Origin: Octopus sinensis
Lineage: Eukaryota
Length of the DNA: 23,201 bases
Reading direction: 5' to 3'
Assembly (NCBI RefSeq): GCF_006345805.1
Contig: NW_021836611.1
Span: forward strand, 1-23,201
In this document: positions 1 through 11,913 of the stretch, piece after piece
Numbering within the stretch: position 1 is the stretch's first letter
How the letters are laid out: each line of letters begins with the position of its first letter
Program-made: the position numbers and the translations under genes
The notes under the pieces: generated by a model
Database searches by the model: none
Told to the model about the DNA's origin: nothing
The model's input: only the letters and a program-made list of their open reading frames with translations

Positions 1-152
1 AACATCCCTTACTATGTAAATTATTTGCAATTCCTTGCTTTTCATCTCATCTACTGGAAAACTTTCACCTGATCTCATTAAAATTATTTTGCTGGATTTG
101 AGAATTGAAGAATATTATTATTGTTATTATTGTCTTTATTATTATCATTATT

Positions 153-259
153 ATAAATTAAGTACAAGTGAAATTCTGTGGGGGTCGTTGTAATCAACTA
201 GTCCCCTCCCCCAAATTTTCAGGCCTTGTGCCTATAGTAAAAAAGGATTATTATTATTA

Positions 260-320
<61 letters not shown>

Positions 321-527
321 GACAGCGAGCTGGCAGAACAGTTAGCACGCTGGACGAAATGCTTAGCGGTATTTTGCCTCTCGCTGTGTTCTGAGTTCAA
401 ATTTTGCCAAGGCCGACTATTCCTTTCCTCCATTGATGAATTAAGTACCAGTTGTGTACTGGGGTTGATCTAATCTACTGGCCCCTTCCCCCAAAATTTC
501 AGACCTTATGCCTATAGCTGAAAGGAA

Positions 528-568
<41 letters not shown>

Positions 569-817
569 TATTATTATTATTATTATTATCATTATTATTA
601 TTATTAAGACGGCGAGCTGGCAGAATCGTTAGCATGCCGGGCAAAATGCTTAGCGGTATTTCATCCTTTTCTACATTCTGAATTTAGATTCCACCAAGGT
701 CAACTTTACCTTTCACCCTTTCAGGGTCGATAAATTCAGTACCTATAAAACACTGGGGTCAATATAATTGAATATCCCCTTCTCCCAAATTTCAGGCCTT
801 ATGATTATAGTAGAAAG
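153..817 (+). mobile_element. Chain of three SINE copies (153-246 5'-truncated, 319-525, 606-817) joined by (ATT)n tails
   Basis: A-box-like TGGCAGAA, B-box GAGTTCAAAT (degenerate in the third copy), shared core CTTTCATCCTTTCGGGGTCGATAAA-AGTACCAG, 3' tail AAATTTCAGGCCTTGTGCCTATAGTAGAAAGG followed by (ATT)n. Confidence 0.85.
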
Positions 818-844
818 TTATTAATTTTATTATTATTATTGCAT

Positions 845-1259
845 GAGAGAGCAGTGCATGCCATCATAGTGACACTGAGGTAAAATATACAAAGCCCAGT
901 ATACCCATCATGACTACCCGTCTGATAAGGGTACATTATGCACATGCATCACAGCGATATGTGCGTGACATAGTGATCTCATATCAAGATAAACGGCACA
1001 TGACCTTGCAAGGTGGGACCCAGTTAGAATTTTCTGCAGGTTGAGAGGCCCATTCCACTCAAAAGGTTCCTGAATAAGGGTTGTTTAAAGATGTTGAATG
1101 AAACACCCATGTTTCCAGTGATGAATTATTTAAACCCCAAAGAATTCCTCTCAACACATGGGCATGATGCTCCCCCACTACTTCTGCTCGTGATCAAAGA
1201 TGCACATAATGTCAGCCCCTAAAGGATATGCTCAACTGGTTAAAGTCAAGCAACTGACA
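845..1259 (-). mobile_element. Non-coding retroposon 3' fragment (LINE 3'UTR-like) with (AAT)n tail on the minus strand
   Basis: First ~250 bp closely match 12306-12553; abuts an ATT tract at 845 (its own AAT tail on minus) and another at 1260. Confidence 0.7.
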
Positions 1260-1287
1260 TATTATTATTATTAGTAGTAGTAGTATT

Positions 1288-2404
1288 AAGACAACGAGCT
1301 GGCAGAATCATTAGCATGCTGGCCAAGATGCTTAGCAGCATTTTGTGTGTCTTTACATTATGAGTTCAAATTCTGCCAAGGTTGAGTGAGTTTGCTTTTT
1401 ATCATTCTGGGTCACAACTGCCATTTCAGTACTGGGGTTGATATGATAGACTTACCAACTCTCTCAAAATTACTGGCCTGGTGTCAAAATTTTGAAACCA
1501 TTATTATAAGTATTTTATGGGGGGGGGGGGACATTGGCAGAATCTTTAGAGCAACAGGCAAGATGCTTTATGGTATTTAGTTAGGGATCTTTATGTTCTG
1601 AGTTCAAATCCCACCAAGATCAACTTTTCTTTTCATCCTTGGGGGATGGGGAAGTTAATAAAATAAGGAACCAATTGTTTACTAAGACTACACCCCTACA
1701 TCATACGCCTTGTTCCTATGTTGGAAATAAATATTATTATTATAAAGTTTGGTTGGAATCGGAAGAGTGGCATGCAAATTGCTTTGCTGTATTTAATCGT
1801 GTAAATTTTACCTTCTGAGTTCAGTTCCACCCAGAATCCTTTTCGCCTTGTATTCCACCTGGGTCAGTTAAAATATAAATCAAGTATTAGAATCAATACT
1901 TGATTTATATAATCTTCCTCCCTCAATATCTGTTAACCTGTGCCAATAATAGAAATAATTAGTATAATTATTGTTATTACTATTATTATTATTATTATTA
2001 TCATTATTATTATTGTTCTGAGTTCAAATGCCGCTGAGGTCGACTTTGCCTTTCATCCTTTCGGGGTCGATAAAATAAGTACCAGTGAAACGCTGGGGTT
2101 GAGGAAATCGATTAGTCCCCTCTTCCAAAATTTCAGGCCTTGTGCCTTTAGTAGAAATGATTATTTTTATTATTATTATTATTATTACTGAGGTGGTGAG
2201 CTGGTAGAATCGTTAGCATGCCGGGCGAAATGCTTCGCGGTATTTCGTTTGCTGCTATGTTCTGAGTTCAAATTCTGCCGAGGTCAACTTTGCCTTTCGT
2301 CCTTTCGGGGTCAATGAAATAAGTACCAGTTGAGTACTGGGGTTGATGTAATCGACTAACCCCCTTCCCCCCAAATTTCAGGCCTTGGGCCTATAGCAGA
2401 AAGG
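1288..2404 (+). mobile_element. Chain of five SINE copies (1288-1500, ~1530-1730, ~1745-1958 highly decayed, 2015-2160 5'-truncated, 2189-2404 near intact)
   Basis: Recurrent TGGCAGAATC, TTCTGAGTTCAAAT and TTTGCCTTTCATCCTTTCGGGGTC motifs, separated by (ATT)n. Confidence 0.8.
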
Positions 2405-2449
2405 ATTATTATTATTATTATTATTATTATTATGATTATTATTATTACA

Positions 2450-2487
<38 letters not shown>

Positions 2488-2495
2488 AATTATTA

Positions 2496-2547
<52 letters not shown>

Positions 2548-2609
2548 CATTATTATTATTATTATTATTATTATTACAATTATTGTTGTTGTTGTTGTTG
2601 TTGTTGTTG
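2405..2609. repeat. (ATT)n tract grading into (GTT)n
   Basis: Direct reading; serves as tail of the SINE at 2189-2404. Confidence 0.95.
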
Positions 2610-2689
2610 TATCTTTTGTGTAACTAGACTGTTTTCTTTGAAAATAATTACTACCATCTTTGAATAGCCAACGCAGCATCACATTGCCA

Positions 2690-3410
2690 AATTTTTCATC
2701 GTTGTCACCATTATTGTCATCGTCATCGTTTTCATTGTCATTGTCGTCACCTTCATTGTCATTTGTCATCGTCATCATCGTCAGCATCATCATCATCATC
2801 ATCATCATCATCATTACTATGATGTTTCTTGTTGGGATCTCGTCTATACCCCCCACCCCCACCGCCACCGACTGCACACTGGTATGTGCCGAATAGACTT
2901 GGCTTCTGTCATTACCAGCATCACCAGCACTACTACCACCACCACCACCGCCGCCACCACCACCACCGCCACCACCGCCAATACTACCACCAGTACCACC
3001 ATGACCACCACGTCCTACCGTCACCGTCATAACTATGACCTCCACCACCACCACCAACACCACCACCGCCGCTGTCGCCATCACCTATCACCTCTACTAC
3101 TGTTGTTATCTGCCTATCATATTCATGCACATTGTAACCGCAACCATAAGTACAACCAGCACCATCCGCAGCAGCAACAGCACCGTCACCACCACCAACA
3201 CCACCACCGCCGCCGCCGCCGCCACCCTCAACACCACCACCACCATTACTACTACTATCACTTTCATCACCTGCACCTCGCCGTCAACCACCATCATCCC
3301 CCATTGACACCATTACCACCACCACCACAACCACTACCATCACCACCACCGCCACCACTACCACCGCCACCACCACCACCACCATCACTGCCACCACTAC
3401 TCTGGCACTG
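2690..3410. repeat. Compound triplet microsatellite, (CAT/CGT)n then (CAC/CGC/TAC)n
   Basis: Direct reading; source of the poly-His/Thr/Pro/Val ORFs in the track. Confidence 0.9.
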
Positions 3411-3544
3411 CAGTTGCTAAATATGTCTGTACAGAGCTGTAAATAAAATGTAAATAAACAATTTTTTTTTTCCATTGATCTCCTTACTGTCAATTTGATC
3501 TCTCATCTCTTCTCTCTCTCTGCCCTCTCACTCTTCTCTCTCTC

Positions 3545-4770
3545 ACTCTCTCTAAACACTTCTGTACATACCTCTAAACACATTTCCACATGTCTCTTTA
3601 GACTTCTGTACAGATTTCTAAATACATCTCTGTAGACCACTAAACACACCACTACAGATTGCTAAACACGTTTCTTCAGACATCTTACCACACCTCAACA
3701 AGCTTCTAAACACATTTGTACAGCTCTCTAAACACATCTCATCTTACCTTTCAACATATTATTACAAATCTCTCCATATCTTTCCATAGCATTCTCAAGA
3801 CAGCCTGACTGGCCTCTTAACACATCTCAGTGAAGCTCTAAACATATTCCTACAGATATTCAGATACCTAAACACATACTTAAAGATCTCTAAGAAAATG
3901 TATATTTTATAGATCTCTAAACACATCTCTACAGACATTTAAATAGATCTCTAAGACTCCTAAACATTTCTCTATTGATCTCTCTACAAATGTCCTTAGA
4001 CCTTTAAACACATCTTTACAGATTTCTATATATTTCTGTAGATCTCTAAACACATAGATATCTAAACACTACAGATCTCTAAACACATCTCTACAGACAT
4101 TTAAATAGATCTCTAAGACTCCTAAACATTTCTCTATTGATCTCTGCAAATGTCCTTAGACCTTTAAACACATTTTTACAGATTTCTATATATTTCTGTA
4201 GATCTCTAAACACATAGATAACTAAACTCATATATATCTAAACACTACAGATCTCTATGTACATTTCTACAGATCCCTAAACACATTTCAGCGAAATTTC
4301 TAAGATCTCTAAGCATATTTCTACTGATTTCTAAATATATTTCTATGAATTTCTAAACACTACAGATCTCTAAACACATCGTTTGAGGTTTCTAGATGCT
4401 TCTATACATCCCTAAACACATCATTTGAGGTTTCTAGATGCTTCTATACATCCCTAAACACATCATTTGAGGTTTCTAGATGCTTCTATACATCCCTAAA
4501 CACATCTCTACAGATCTCTAAACACTTTTCTACAGATCTCTAGATACATTGCTATAGATCTCTAAACCCAACTCTACAGACTTCCTAAGTAGATCTCAAA
4601 ACACATTGTTACAGATCTCTAACCTTACATCAACATATTTTTAACTATATTTCTATAGATCTCTAAATATGTCTCTACAGATTTACTAATGTTTCCATAG
4701 ATCTCTAAACACCACTACATCTAAACACATCTCTGCAGTGTAGCAAACACATTTTCACAGATTGCTAAAC
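3545..4770. repeat. Degenerate ~20-21 bp satellite-like array (approx. CATCTCTACAGATCTCTAAACA) with higher-order duplications
   Basis: Dozens of TCTCTAAACAC and ACAGATCTCT motifs; 3911-4060 duplicated at 4073-4220; three 42-bp units at 4377-4502. Confidence 0.85.
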
Positions 4771-5637
4771 AGGTGTTTTTAGAGCCATGGCTGTCAACCC
4801 TCACCTGAGAGGTAAAAACTTTCTTCACCCCTCTACCTCATTTACAATAAACATCAAAACATTCTGACCCCTTCCAACAATCATTGATCTCCATGACGCT
4901 CCCCTATCTTCTACAATCTTTATATATTGATCTCAGTAATTGTACCCCTTAATTTCCTCACCATTCACTTCTGACCGTTCCAATGATCTCTCTACTGATA
5001 TGCTACTACACATTTCTCCATGTCCTTCCCTCTTTGTGGTACCTGCCTTTAGAAATATATTATATTACTCTCAAACTGATGTTTCAACATCACCTTTACT
5101 TTCTCTCTCTTGTCTCTGCTTTATATATTTCTATAATATCATCCTGGTTCTATGTATAAATTTACAATGTATATACATATATATGTACATATGCATGTCT
5201 GTATATATATATATATGTACATGCATGCACACATATGCATTTGAGTTTAACAAGCAACAGTAACAAGTACTCAATACGATGTAGTAGAGCCCAACCATTT
5301 ATTCATTTCCTACATTGCTAGCTTGACTCACTTTTCTTTCTGTTTTTCAAAGCACTGAGAAAAATGGAACGAAGCTATTCAGAGTACAAATGGGATGACA
5401 GCCCATCTGCAAATAAATGTATTCATATATACTTATATATAAATTCAATGCTTTTTTTTATGTGAAATTATATATTAACACAAAATTAAACTGAAGGATC
5501 TCTCAATATTATTTGTAGAGTACATATTTATTAATTCTTTTATGGGGAAAATACTGAGAGTGATACTGAAGTGTTGTCTTACTAAACAGACTGTTAACAG
5601 CCAGTAAGCCAAAACTTTAAAGTCACTTTCAATCTTG

Positions 5638-5663
5638 TCTTATATTATATATACATGTATATG

Positions 5664-5700
<37 letters not shown>

Positions 5701-5703
5701 AAT

Positions 5704-5736
<33 letters not shown>

Positions 5737-5766
5737 TATATATGTGTGTATATATATATGTGTGTA

Positions 5767-5824
<58 letters not shown>

Positions 5825-5833
5825 TATTATATA

Positions 5834-5876
<43 letters not shown>

Positions 5877-6075
5877 TATATATTATATGTATGTATGTAT
5901 ATATTTATAGTATATAGGATATATATATTATACACACTAGCATATTTCATGCCTCATAATTCTACATTTATATACACCATGTGATAAATAAATAAAAAAG
6001 TAAGATAGGAGAAATTAATATTTCTATGTATATATATATATATATATATATTGATATATACTAATATATATATAA
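5638..6075. repeat. (TA)n/(CA)n/(TG)n dinucleotide tracts
   Basis: Direct reading. Confidence 0.95.
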
Positions 6076-6263
6076 TCTAATTATAATTACACAAATTAAT
6101 TTGACCCTAACTAAAAGTCTATTAACGTTCACTTTTTGCTTACATTTTTTGCTTATTATTGGTTTTTTGTTTTTATTTCCCTGTTTTATTGAATTTTGTT
6201 TCATTTTTGTTTGTTTCTGAAACATTTCTGTTAATCATTGATTTTCATAAACATTGATGTAAT

Positions 6264-6316
6264 GGTCAGTCATCATTATGGATGTCATCATCATCATCAT
6301 CATCGTCATCGTCGTG

Positions 6317-6348
<32 letters not shown>

Positions 6349-6415
6349 TGCCGTCATCATCATCATCATTATGTTCAGTTACCATCATTACCGATATCCT
6401 TGTCATCATGATCAC

Positions 6416-6460
<45 letters not shown>

Positions 6461-6545
6461 CATCATCATCAACATCATCATCTTCATCCTCAACTTCAAC
6501 TTCAGCATCATTATCATCGTCATCACAATCACCTTTATCATCAAC
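6264..6545. repeat. (CAT)n compound triplet tract
   Basis: Direct reading. Confidence 0.95.
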
Positions 6546-6559
6546 ACCTAAACATTGTC

Positions 6560-6703
6560 TATCATGTATTATATACATATATACACAAACACACAAAACA
6601 TGCACACACACTCACACACACACACAAATATTTATACATGTGTGTATATATATGTACATATATATATGTATACATATATCCTTATAAATGTATATATTTT
6701 TAT

Positions 6704-6742
<39 letters not shown>

Positions 6743-6919
6743 CAAAAAACACACGCACATAGATACATACATACACACATGGATACATACCTCATGTAGG
6801 AACGACATGGCCAAATGGCTAAGCACAATGCTTTCAAACTGCAAGGTCCTTTCTTTGATGTAACCTGAATTGAGTACATTTTCTTTTTTCTCTTTTGCTA
6901 AATGAAAGATATGTGTGTC

Positions 6920-6990
<71 letters not shown>

Positions 6991-7193
6991 TTGTTTGTGC
7001 ATATGTGTGAGTATGCTCATGTGTGCATATATGCATAGTTATGTGTATGTGTCTGTATATGTGTTCGATTTGAAACACGCATTCATGTCTAATTGTGAGT
7101 ATGTAAACGTACGTTTACATATATGTACCCATATATATATGTGTGTGTGTGTATATATGTATATATATGTATGTATATGTATATATAGATATA

Positions 7194-7242
<49 letters not shown>

Positions 7243-7740
7243 GTCTATAAACTACATATTTCAAAAATAGCTATGAATGTATGTATGCATGCATAACTAT
7301 GTCTGTTTATCTACTGATCTCTCAATATATCCATCTGTCTAGCTTTCTATTATCCTAGCTATATATATATATATATATATACATATATATATTTATATAT
7401 ATATATATATATTTAATATATACACACACACACATACATATATGTATCAACCATCAACTTCACATCAACTCGTCTATCCTTATCACTACCACCGCCACCA
7501 CCAATACCACCACCATCACCACTACCACCAGCATCGCCATGCCACTTTCAGTATCTACCATCACCACCGCCGCCATAACTATTATCATCATTGTAAAATT
7601 TTGAGGTGCTTTTTCCTTTAAATCATCATGTAAACACATGTTTGTTTCTCCCCCTCTCTTTCTTTATGTCTTTCTCCCCTATGCTCTCTCTTCTCTCCTC
7701 TTACTCTCCCTCATTCTATATATATGTATATATATATATG

Positions 7741-7804
<64 letters not shown>

Positions 7805-8235
7805 GTGTGTGTATATGTATATATATATATTATATATAATGTATATATATATATGTATATAGAAATATATATTTGTATATATATATGTGTGTATACAGAA
7901 ATATATATTTGTATATATGTATATAATATATATTTGAATATGTGTGTGTACATATATAAATATATTCATATATGTATATATCTATACGTAAGGTATGTGT
8001 GTGTGTGTATATATATGTAAATATATATATATGTATATATATATGTATATATATATATATGTATATACACATATGTGTATATATATGTATATATACATAT
8101 GTGTATATGTATATATATTATATACATGTTTTTATGTATAAATATGTATATATATATATATGTATATATCTATATATATATATATATATGTATGTATATA
8201 TGTATCCACACATTCACGTATATGTAAATATATAT
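6560..8235. repeat. Block of (TA)n/(CA)n/(TG)n tracts with a (CAC/CAT)n tract at 7484-7592 and short unique spacers
   Basis: Direct reading. Confidence 0.9.
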
Positions 8236-8752
8236 CTTTGTGATAATACTCATTTAATATAATCCACATCTAAGACAATACTTTTTTTTCATTTGTTTGA
8301 TATTATTATTAATATTATTATCATTAAAATTTTTTTTTTTGTTTTCTCTATTTTAGTTAACAAAAATTGTTAATTTGCAATAAAAGCTTTCAATTCCATT
8401 GAATTTCATATTTATTTTTCGTTTGTTTATCTGTGTGATTTTTTTTTTTTTCCTGTTTTGTTTTTTCATTTTTGTTCATGAGCTCCCATCATCATTTCAT
8501 GTCTCAGATATAAATACTAATATTACTTTGCTTGGAATTCTATGCTCGAAATGCCTGCTGAATATATCCAGTGATATTAACCCTTTCATTACTGTATTTA
8601 TTTTGAGATGCTCTGTGTTTCTTTCAATTAATTTTAAATTTAACAAAGAATTTAGTAAAATACCTTGGTTATTGTTCAGCTGGTGTTAGGAACATAAATT
8701 GTGACTAAGGTTTTGGTGGAAGATTTTAATTCAAAACTTCTGAAAACAAGAC

Positions 8753-9032
8753 TAAGGTTTTTTTGATCTCCATGTGTCCAACACACGTGGACATGCCTAC
8801 AAAGTCAGAAAACAACACAGCTCCCATGACTTTCGGAAACATTTTTTCACGCTCGGAGTTGCTGAAGCATGGAATAAACTGCCTGCGTCAGTTGTTGACT
8901 GCCATGACACTGCATCCTTTAAGGCCCTCATGCTTTCCGAAATCCGCCGAAACTACACCTGATTATATATACACTTTAGATGAGTTGTAGTGCACCTGAG
9001 CACTGTACACAATTATTATTATTATTATTATT
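8753..9032 (+). mobile_element. CR1-like LINE 3' end with 3'UTR stem-loop and (ATT)n tail
   Basis: ORF2 end, GTGC-ACCTGA-GCAC hairpin near 8990-9003, (ATT)n at 9012-9032, AAGAC at 8748-8752 and 9033-9037 as likely target-site duplication. Confidence 0.8.
8762..8962 (+). pseudogene. 5'-truncated CR1/L2-clade LINE ORF2 C-terminus
   Basis: FDLHVSNTRGHAYKVRKQHSSHDFRKHFFTLGVAEAWNKLPASVVDCHDTASFKALM matches the TRGH...FF..RV...WN.LP..VV.....FK motif of CR1/L2 ORF2 ends. Confidence 0.85.
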
Positions 9033-9094
9033 AAGACATTTGTATTACAGAACCAGAGCCAGTTTCAGCCAAGTTGGTAATGAAAAGGGTTAAG

Positions 9095-9270
9095 CAGGTT
9101 AGCTGGCAGAATTGTAAGCATACCATCATACCAGGCAAAAATGGTTTGGGGCATTCTGAATTTAAACTCCACCGAGGTCAACTTAGACTTCCATCCTCCC
9201 TGGGGAATGATAAAATAAGTACCGGTTGAATACTGGGACTCAATGTAATTTACTTATTCATCCCCTGAGA
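9095..9270 (+). mobile_element. Decayed copy of the main SINE family
   Basis: GCTGGCAGAATTG head, CCGAGGTCAACTT, ATAAAATAAGTACCGG core. Confidence 0.7.
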
Positions 9271-9318
9271 AAGAAATATATATATGCATAAAAACATATA
9301 TATATATATATATATATA

Positions 9319-9365
9319 CTAGAAGACAAACAGACAGACAGACAGAATGGATTTTATATAATAGA
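9319..9365 (-). mobile_element. 47-bp Helitron-like internal-deletion derivative
   Basis: Minus strand reads A|TCTATTATATAAAATCCATT(CTGT)n..CTTCTAG|T, i.e. 5'-TC, 3'-CTAG, inserted between A and T. Confidence 0.5.
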
Positions 9366-9465
9366 TATGTATGTATAGATAGATAGATAGATAGATAGAT
9401 ATATAGACAGATAGATAGATAGATATATAGACAGATAGATAGACAGACAGACAGATAGACAGCTA
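9366..9465. repeat. (TAGA)n/(CAGA)n tetranucleotide tract
   Basis: Direct reading. Confidence 0.9.
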
Positions 9466-9509
9466 CACTAAGTAATTATACTGTTGGAATCAAAATTGAA
9501 TGGTTGATG

Positions 9510-9800
9510 AACAGGTCACTCAACCTGTTAGAAATAGCAGCTAAATCACTTTCTCAGATACTCTCTTTTGCTTTTTACGATTTTGGAGATTGTAGTCTCT
9601 GGTAACATGGTCATTACTGCAGATTCGCTGATCGGATTTCTGCTCAGATGATCTGAGATGACCTGGGTTTTAAAGAACAAAATTAAGCCACTATTTGATT
9701 ACTTGACCTCATTGAATTGGAAGCCAAATCTCCCTCTTATTGCATTAAGAAAACAGTGACACTTTGGAGAATGTAGTCTTTGGTACACAGTCTGTGGAAC
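9510..9800 (+). mobile_element. Two decayed fragments of an interspersed repeat (GGTCACT..ACCTG.TAGAAATAGCAGC motif)
   Basis: 9510-9620 and 9700-9800 resemble each other (...GGAGA.TGTAGTCT.TGGTA); inverted motif near 22960-22990. Confidence 0.4.
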
Positions 9801-9929
9801 AAAAATTCTTGTCATTTAAGGCTGAAATAGTTTACCTAAGTTCTACTGGATCAGGGTAGACATAACTTTAAAGGATAATAATACTAAATGCTTTGTTTAA
9901 AATAGTTTACTGAAGCACAAAACTGACTA

Positions 9930-10303
9930 AGATGGCACTCCATCGGTTATGACGACGAGGGTTTCAGTTGATCCGATCAACAGAACAAACTGCTCGTGGA
10001 ATGAACATGCAAGTGGCTGAGCACTCCACAGACACGTGTACCTTTAGTGTAGTTTTCGGGGAGATTCGGCGTGACACAGAGTGTGACAAGGCTGGCCCTT
10101 TGAAATACAGTTACAACAGAAACAAGAAGAAAGAGTAGGAGACTGTTGTGGCGAAAGAGTACAGCAGGGTTTGCCACCACCTCCTGCTGGAGCCTCGTGG
10201 AGCTTTTAGGTGCTTTCGCTCACTAAACACTCACAATGCCTAGTCTGGGAATCGAAACTGTGATCCTAAGACCTCGAGTCTGCTGCCCTAACCACTGGGC
10301 CAT
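9930..10303 (-). mobile_element. Near full-length tRNA-derived SINE (second family)
   Basis: Minus strand begins ATGGCCCAGTGGTTAGGGCAGCAGACTCG (A box) and has GTTTCGATTCCC (B box); body ends ...CCCTCGTCGTCATAACCGATGGAGTGCCA. Confidence 0.85.
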
Positions 10304-10489
10304 GTTAATAAGCATATATACTTACTAACATGCATACATACAAACATACATGTAGCAGATAAAATCCAGGCTACATATGTTTTGTGGCTGGTGGAACCTC
10401 GGATGTAGTAATTATCCAAGCAAGGAGTATACCACAAGCTACTCTTCAGACTGAGAATATATTGTCATTAGGAGTGGATTCAATCAACA

Positions 10490-10570
10490 TATATTATATA
10501 TGTATGAAAATATATATATATATATATATATAATTATATTATTGTAATATATATATATATTATATATATA

Positions 10571-10612
<42 letters not shown>
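10490..10612. repeat. (TA)n tract
   Basis: Direct reading. Confidence 0.95.
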
Positions 10613-10614
<2 letters not shown>

Positions 10615-10686
10615 CATCAGTTTTGAAAGATTTGAAAGGAAGAAGGAAAGAGACAAAAGAGTTAGGTATTAAGGAGTAGAGTAAAT

Positions 10687-10700
10687 GTAACCATAGCAAC
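10687..10700 (+). promoter_or_regulatory. RFX X-box motif GTAACCATAGCAAC
   Basis: Exact match to the GTHNYY-AT-RRNAAC consensus; single site, function unknown. Confidence 0.3.
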
Positions 10701-10844
10701 CATGTTGATTACATCATGTAAATTATAGCTTTGTCGTTAATTAAAAAATAAGAGAAGGCTAAAGAAAAAAAAAAGGACTGAAATGAGAGGCCATTGCCAA
10801 GAATTTCATTAATTAATTTAAATTGATTTCTTACTTAGCCCCAA

Positions 10845-11165
10845 GTTCTGTTGCTTTGTGTTTCAGTTCAAATCCTGCTGAAGGTGGTATTGAAAATTAC
10901 AATTGTCATAGTATCTCTTTTATACTAAGTTTATTAGTAACATGGTGGATTGTAAAATTAATAAAAAAATTGGAGACAAAGGACATTGCTGTTGTCTTTA
11001 GAGACAAGCTTTTACATTCTGAGTTCAAATCCTGTGTGGATTTGACAAAATCTTTTGCTCCTCTTGAGGTTATAGTAAAACAACTACCAGTTATATACTG
11101 AGGGTTAGGTCGATTTAAACGACCCTACACTCTCTCCCTATAAACTTGTGTCCTTGTCCTTGTTT
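10845..11165 (+). mobile_element. Two heavily decayed fragments of the main SINE family
   Basis: GTTCAAATCCTG B-box remnants near 10865 and 11020; ACTACCAGTT...ACTGAGGG core remnant. Confidence 0.55.
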
Positions 11166-11304
11166 TAATGTTTTTTTTTTCATTTTTATTTTATTTTAAT
11201 TATTTAGTTTATTTTAGGAAATTTCAGCTAAGGCCACGCTGGAGCAATATGTGTTTGATTGTTACTACATTACAAATATCCGTTTCTGGTTGCCAATTCC
11301 AAGA

Positions 11305-11570
11305 TCAGTCGTCACCATCGTTGACCATCATCATAAGCATCAACATCATCGCCACTACCATCACCACCACCAACATCACAAGCCACATCAAGATCCTCTT
11401 CCTCCTCCTCCTCATCATCATCATTATCATAACCATATTCTTCTCCAATATCGTCATTCAAACAGCCTTCAAGGTCATCACTGCCAACATCATAAACATC
11501 ATTGATATAATCTTTGCCATCACAATAATCATCATCATCATACTATGAATACAACCCTTGTTCCTGCACA

Positions 11571-11604
<34 letters not shown>

Positions 11605-11645
11605 TATTAGCACTTGCATACATAAACACTGTGTGTGTATGTGTA
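11305..11645. repeat. (CAT/CAC/CCT)n triplet tract followed by (CA)n
   Basis: Direct reading. Confidence 0.9.
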
Positions 11646-11676
11646 TTGAAAAACATAACACAGAATCTAGGTTTAG

Positions 11677-11913
11677 AATTGAGGTGGCGAGCTGGCAGAA
11701 TCGTTAGTGCACCGGGCGAAATGCTTAGCGGTATTTTGGCTGCTGTTATGTTCTGGGTTCAAATTCTGTCGAGGTCGACTTTGCCTTTCATCCTTTCGGG
11801 GTCAATAAATTAAGTACCAGTTACGCACTGGGGTTGATGTAATTGACTTAATCCCTTTGTCTGTCCTTGTTTGTCCCCTTTATGTTTAGCCCCTTGTGGG
11901 CAGTAAAGAAATA
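11677..11913 (+). mobile_element. Full-length SINE with alternative 3' tail and perfect 15-bp target-site duplication
   Basis: AGAATCTAGGTTTAG at 11662-11676 and 11914-11928; A and B boxes and core intact; tail TTGTCTGTCCTTGTTTGTCCCC...GTAAAGAAATA. Confidence 0.92.

Larger units (their letters stand above)
8581..9089. mobile_element. piggyBac-like non-autonomous MITE interrupted by a LINE fragment
   Basis: TTAA at 8577-8580 and 9090-9093; termini CCCTTTCATTAC and GTAATGAAAAGGG form an imperfect TIR; related copy at 18837-19060. TTAA plus CCC termini are piggyBac hallmarks. Confidence 0.8.

Noticed and set aside
2356-3493. Long ORFs (up to 242 aa) rich in Ile, His, Thr, Pro, Val and Gly
   Set aside because: Open in several frames on both strands because they translate triplet microsatellites; no domain content. 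The same applies to ORFs at 6266-6799, 11168-11548 and 17209-17895.
4377-4502. Three regularly spaced 42-bp repeats, superficially CRISPR-like
   Set aside because: Units are contiguous with no unique spacers, the context is eukaryotic and no cas genes are present; this is a minisatellite.
5353-5420. Possible + strand exon (ALRKMERSYSEYKWDDSPSANK) after a pyrimidine tract
   Set aside because: AAG acceptor and weak donor; no recognisable homology; conflicts with a minus-strand reading.
6797-6866. tRNA-like sequence CATGGCCAAATGGCTAAG...
   Set aside because: An A-box-like start but no intact B box or cloverleaf; more likely a decayed SINE head than a tRNA gene.
5635-8262. YI/CV/HT dipeptide-repeat ORFs
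   Set aside because: Translations of (TA)n, (TG)n and (CA)n tracts; likewise at 15776-16070, 16417-16799, 18129-18410, 20880-21194 and 22277-22549.
9930-10303. tRNA gene on the minus strand near 10240-10303
   Set aside because: The tRNA-like part continues into a ~300-bp SINE body and lacks a proper acceptor stem.
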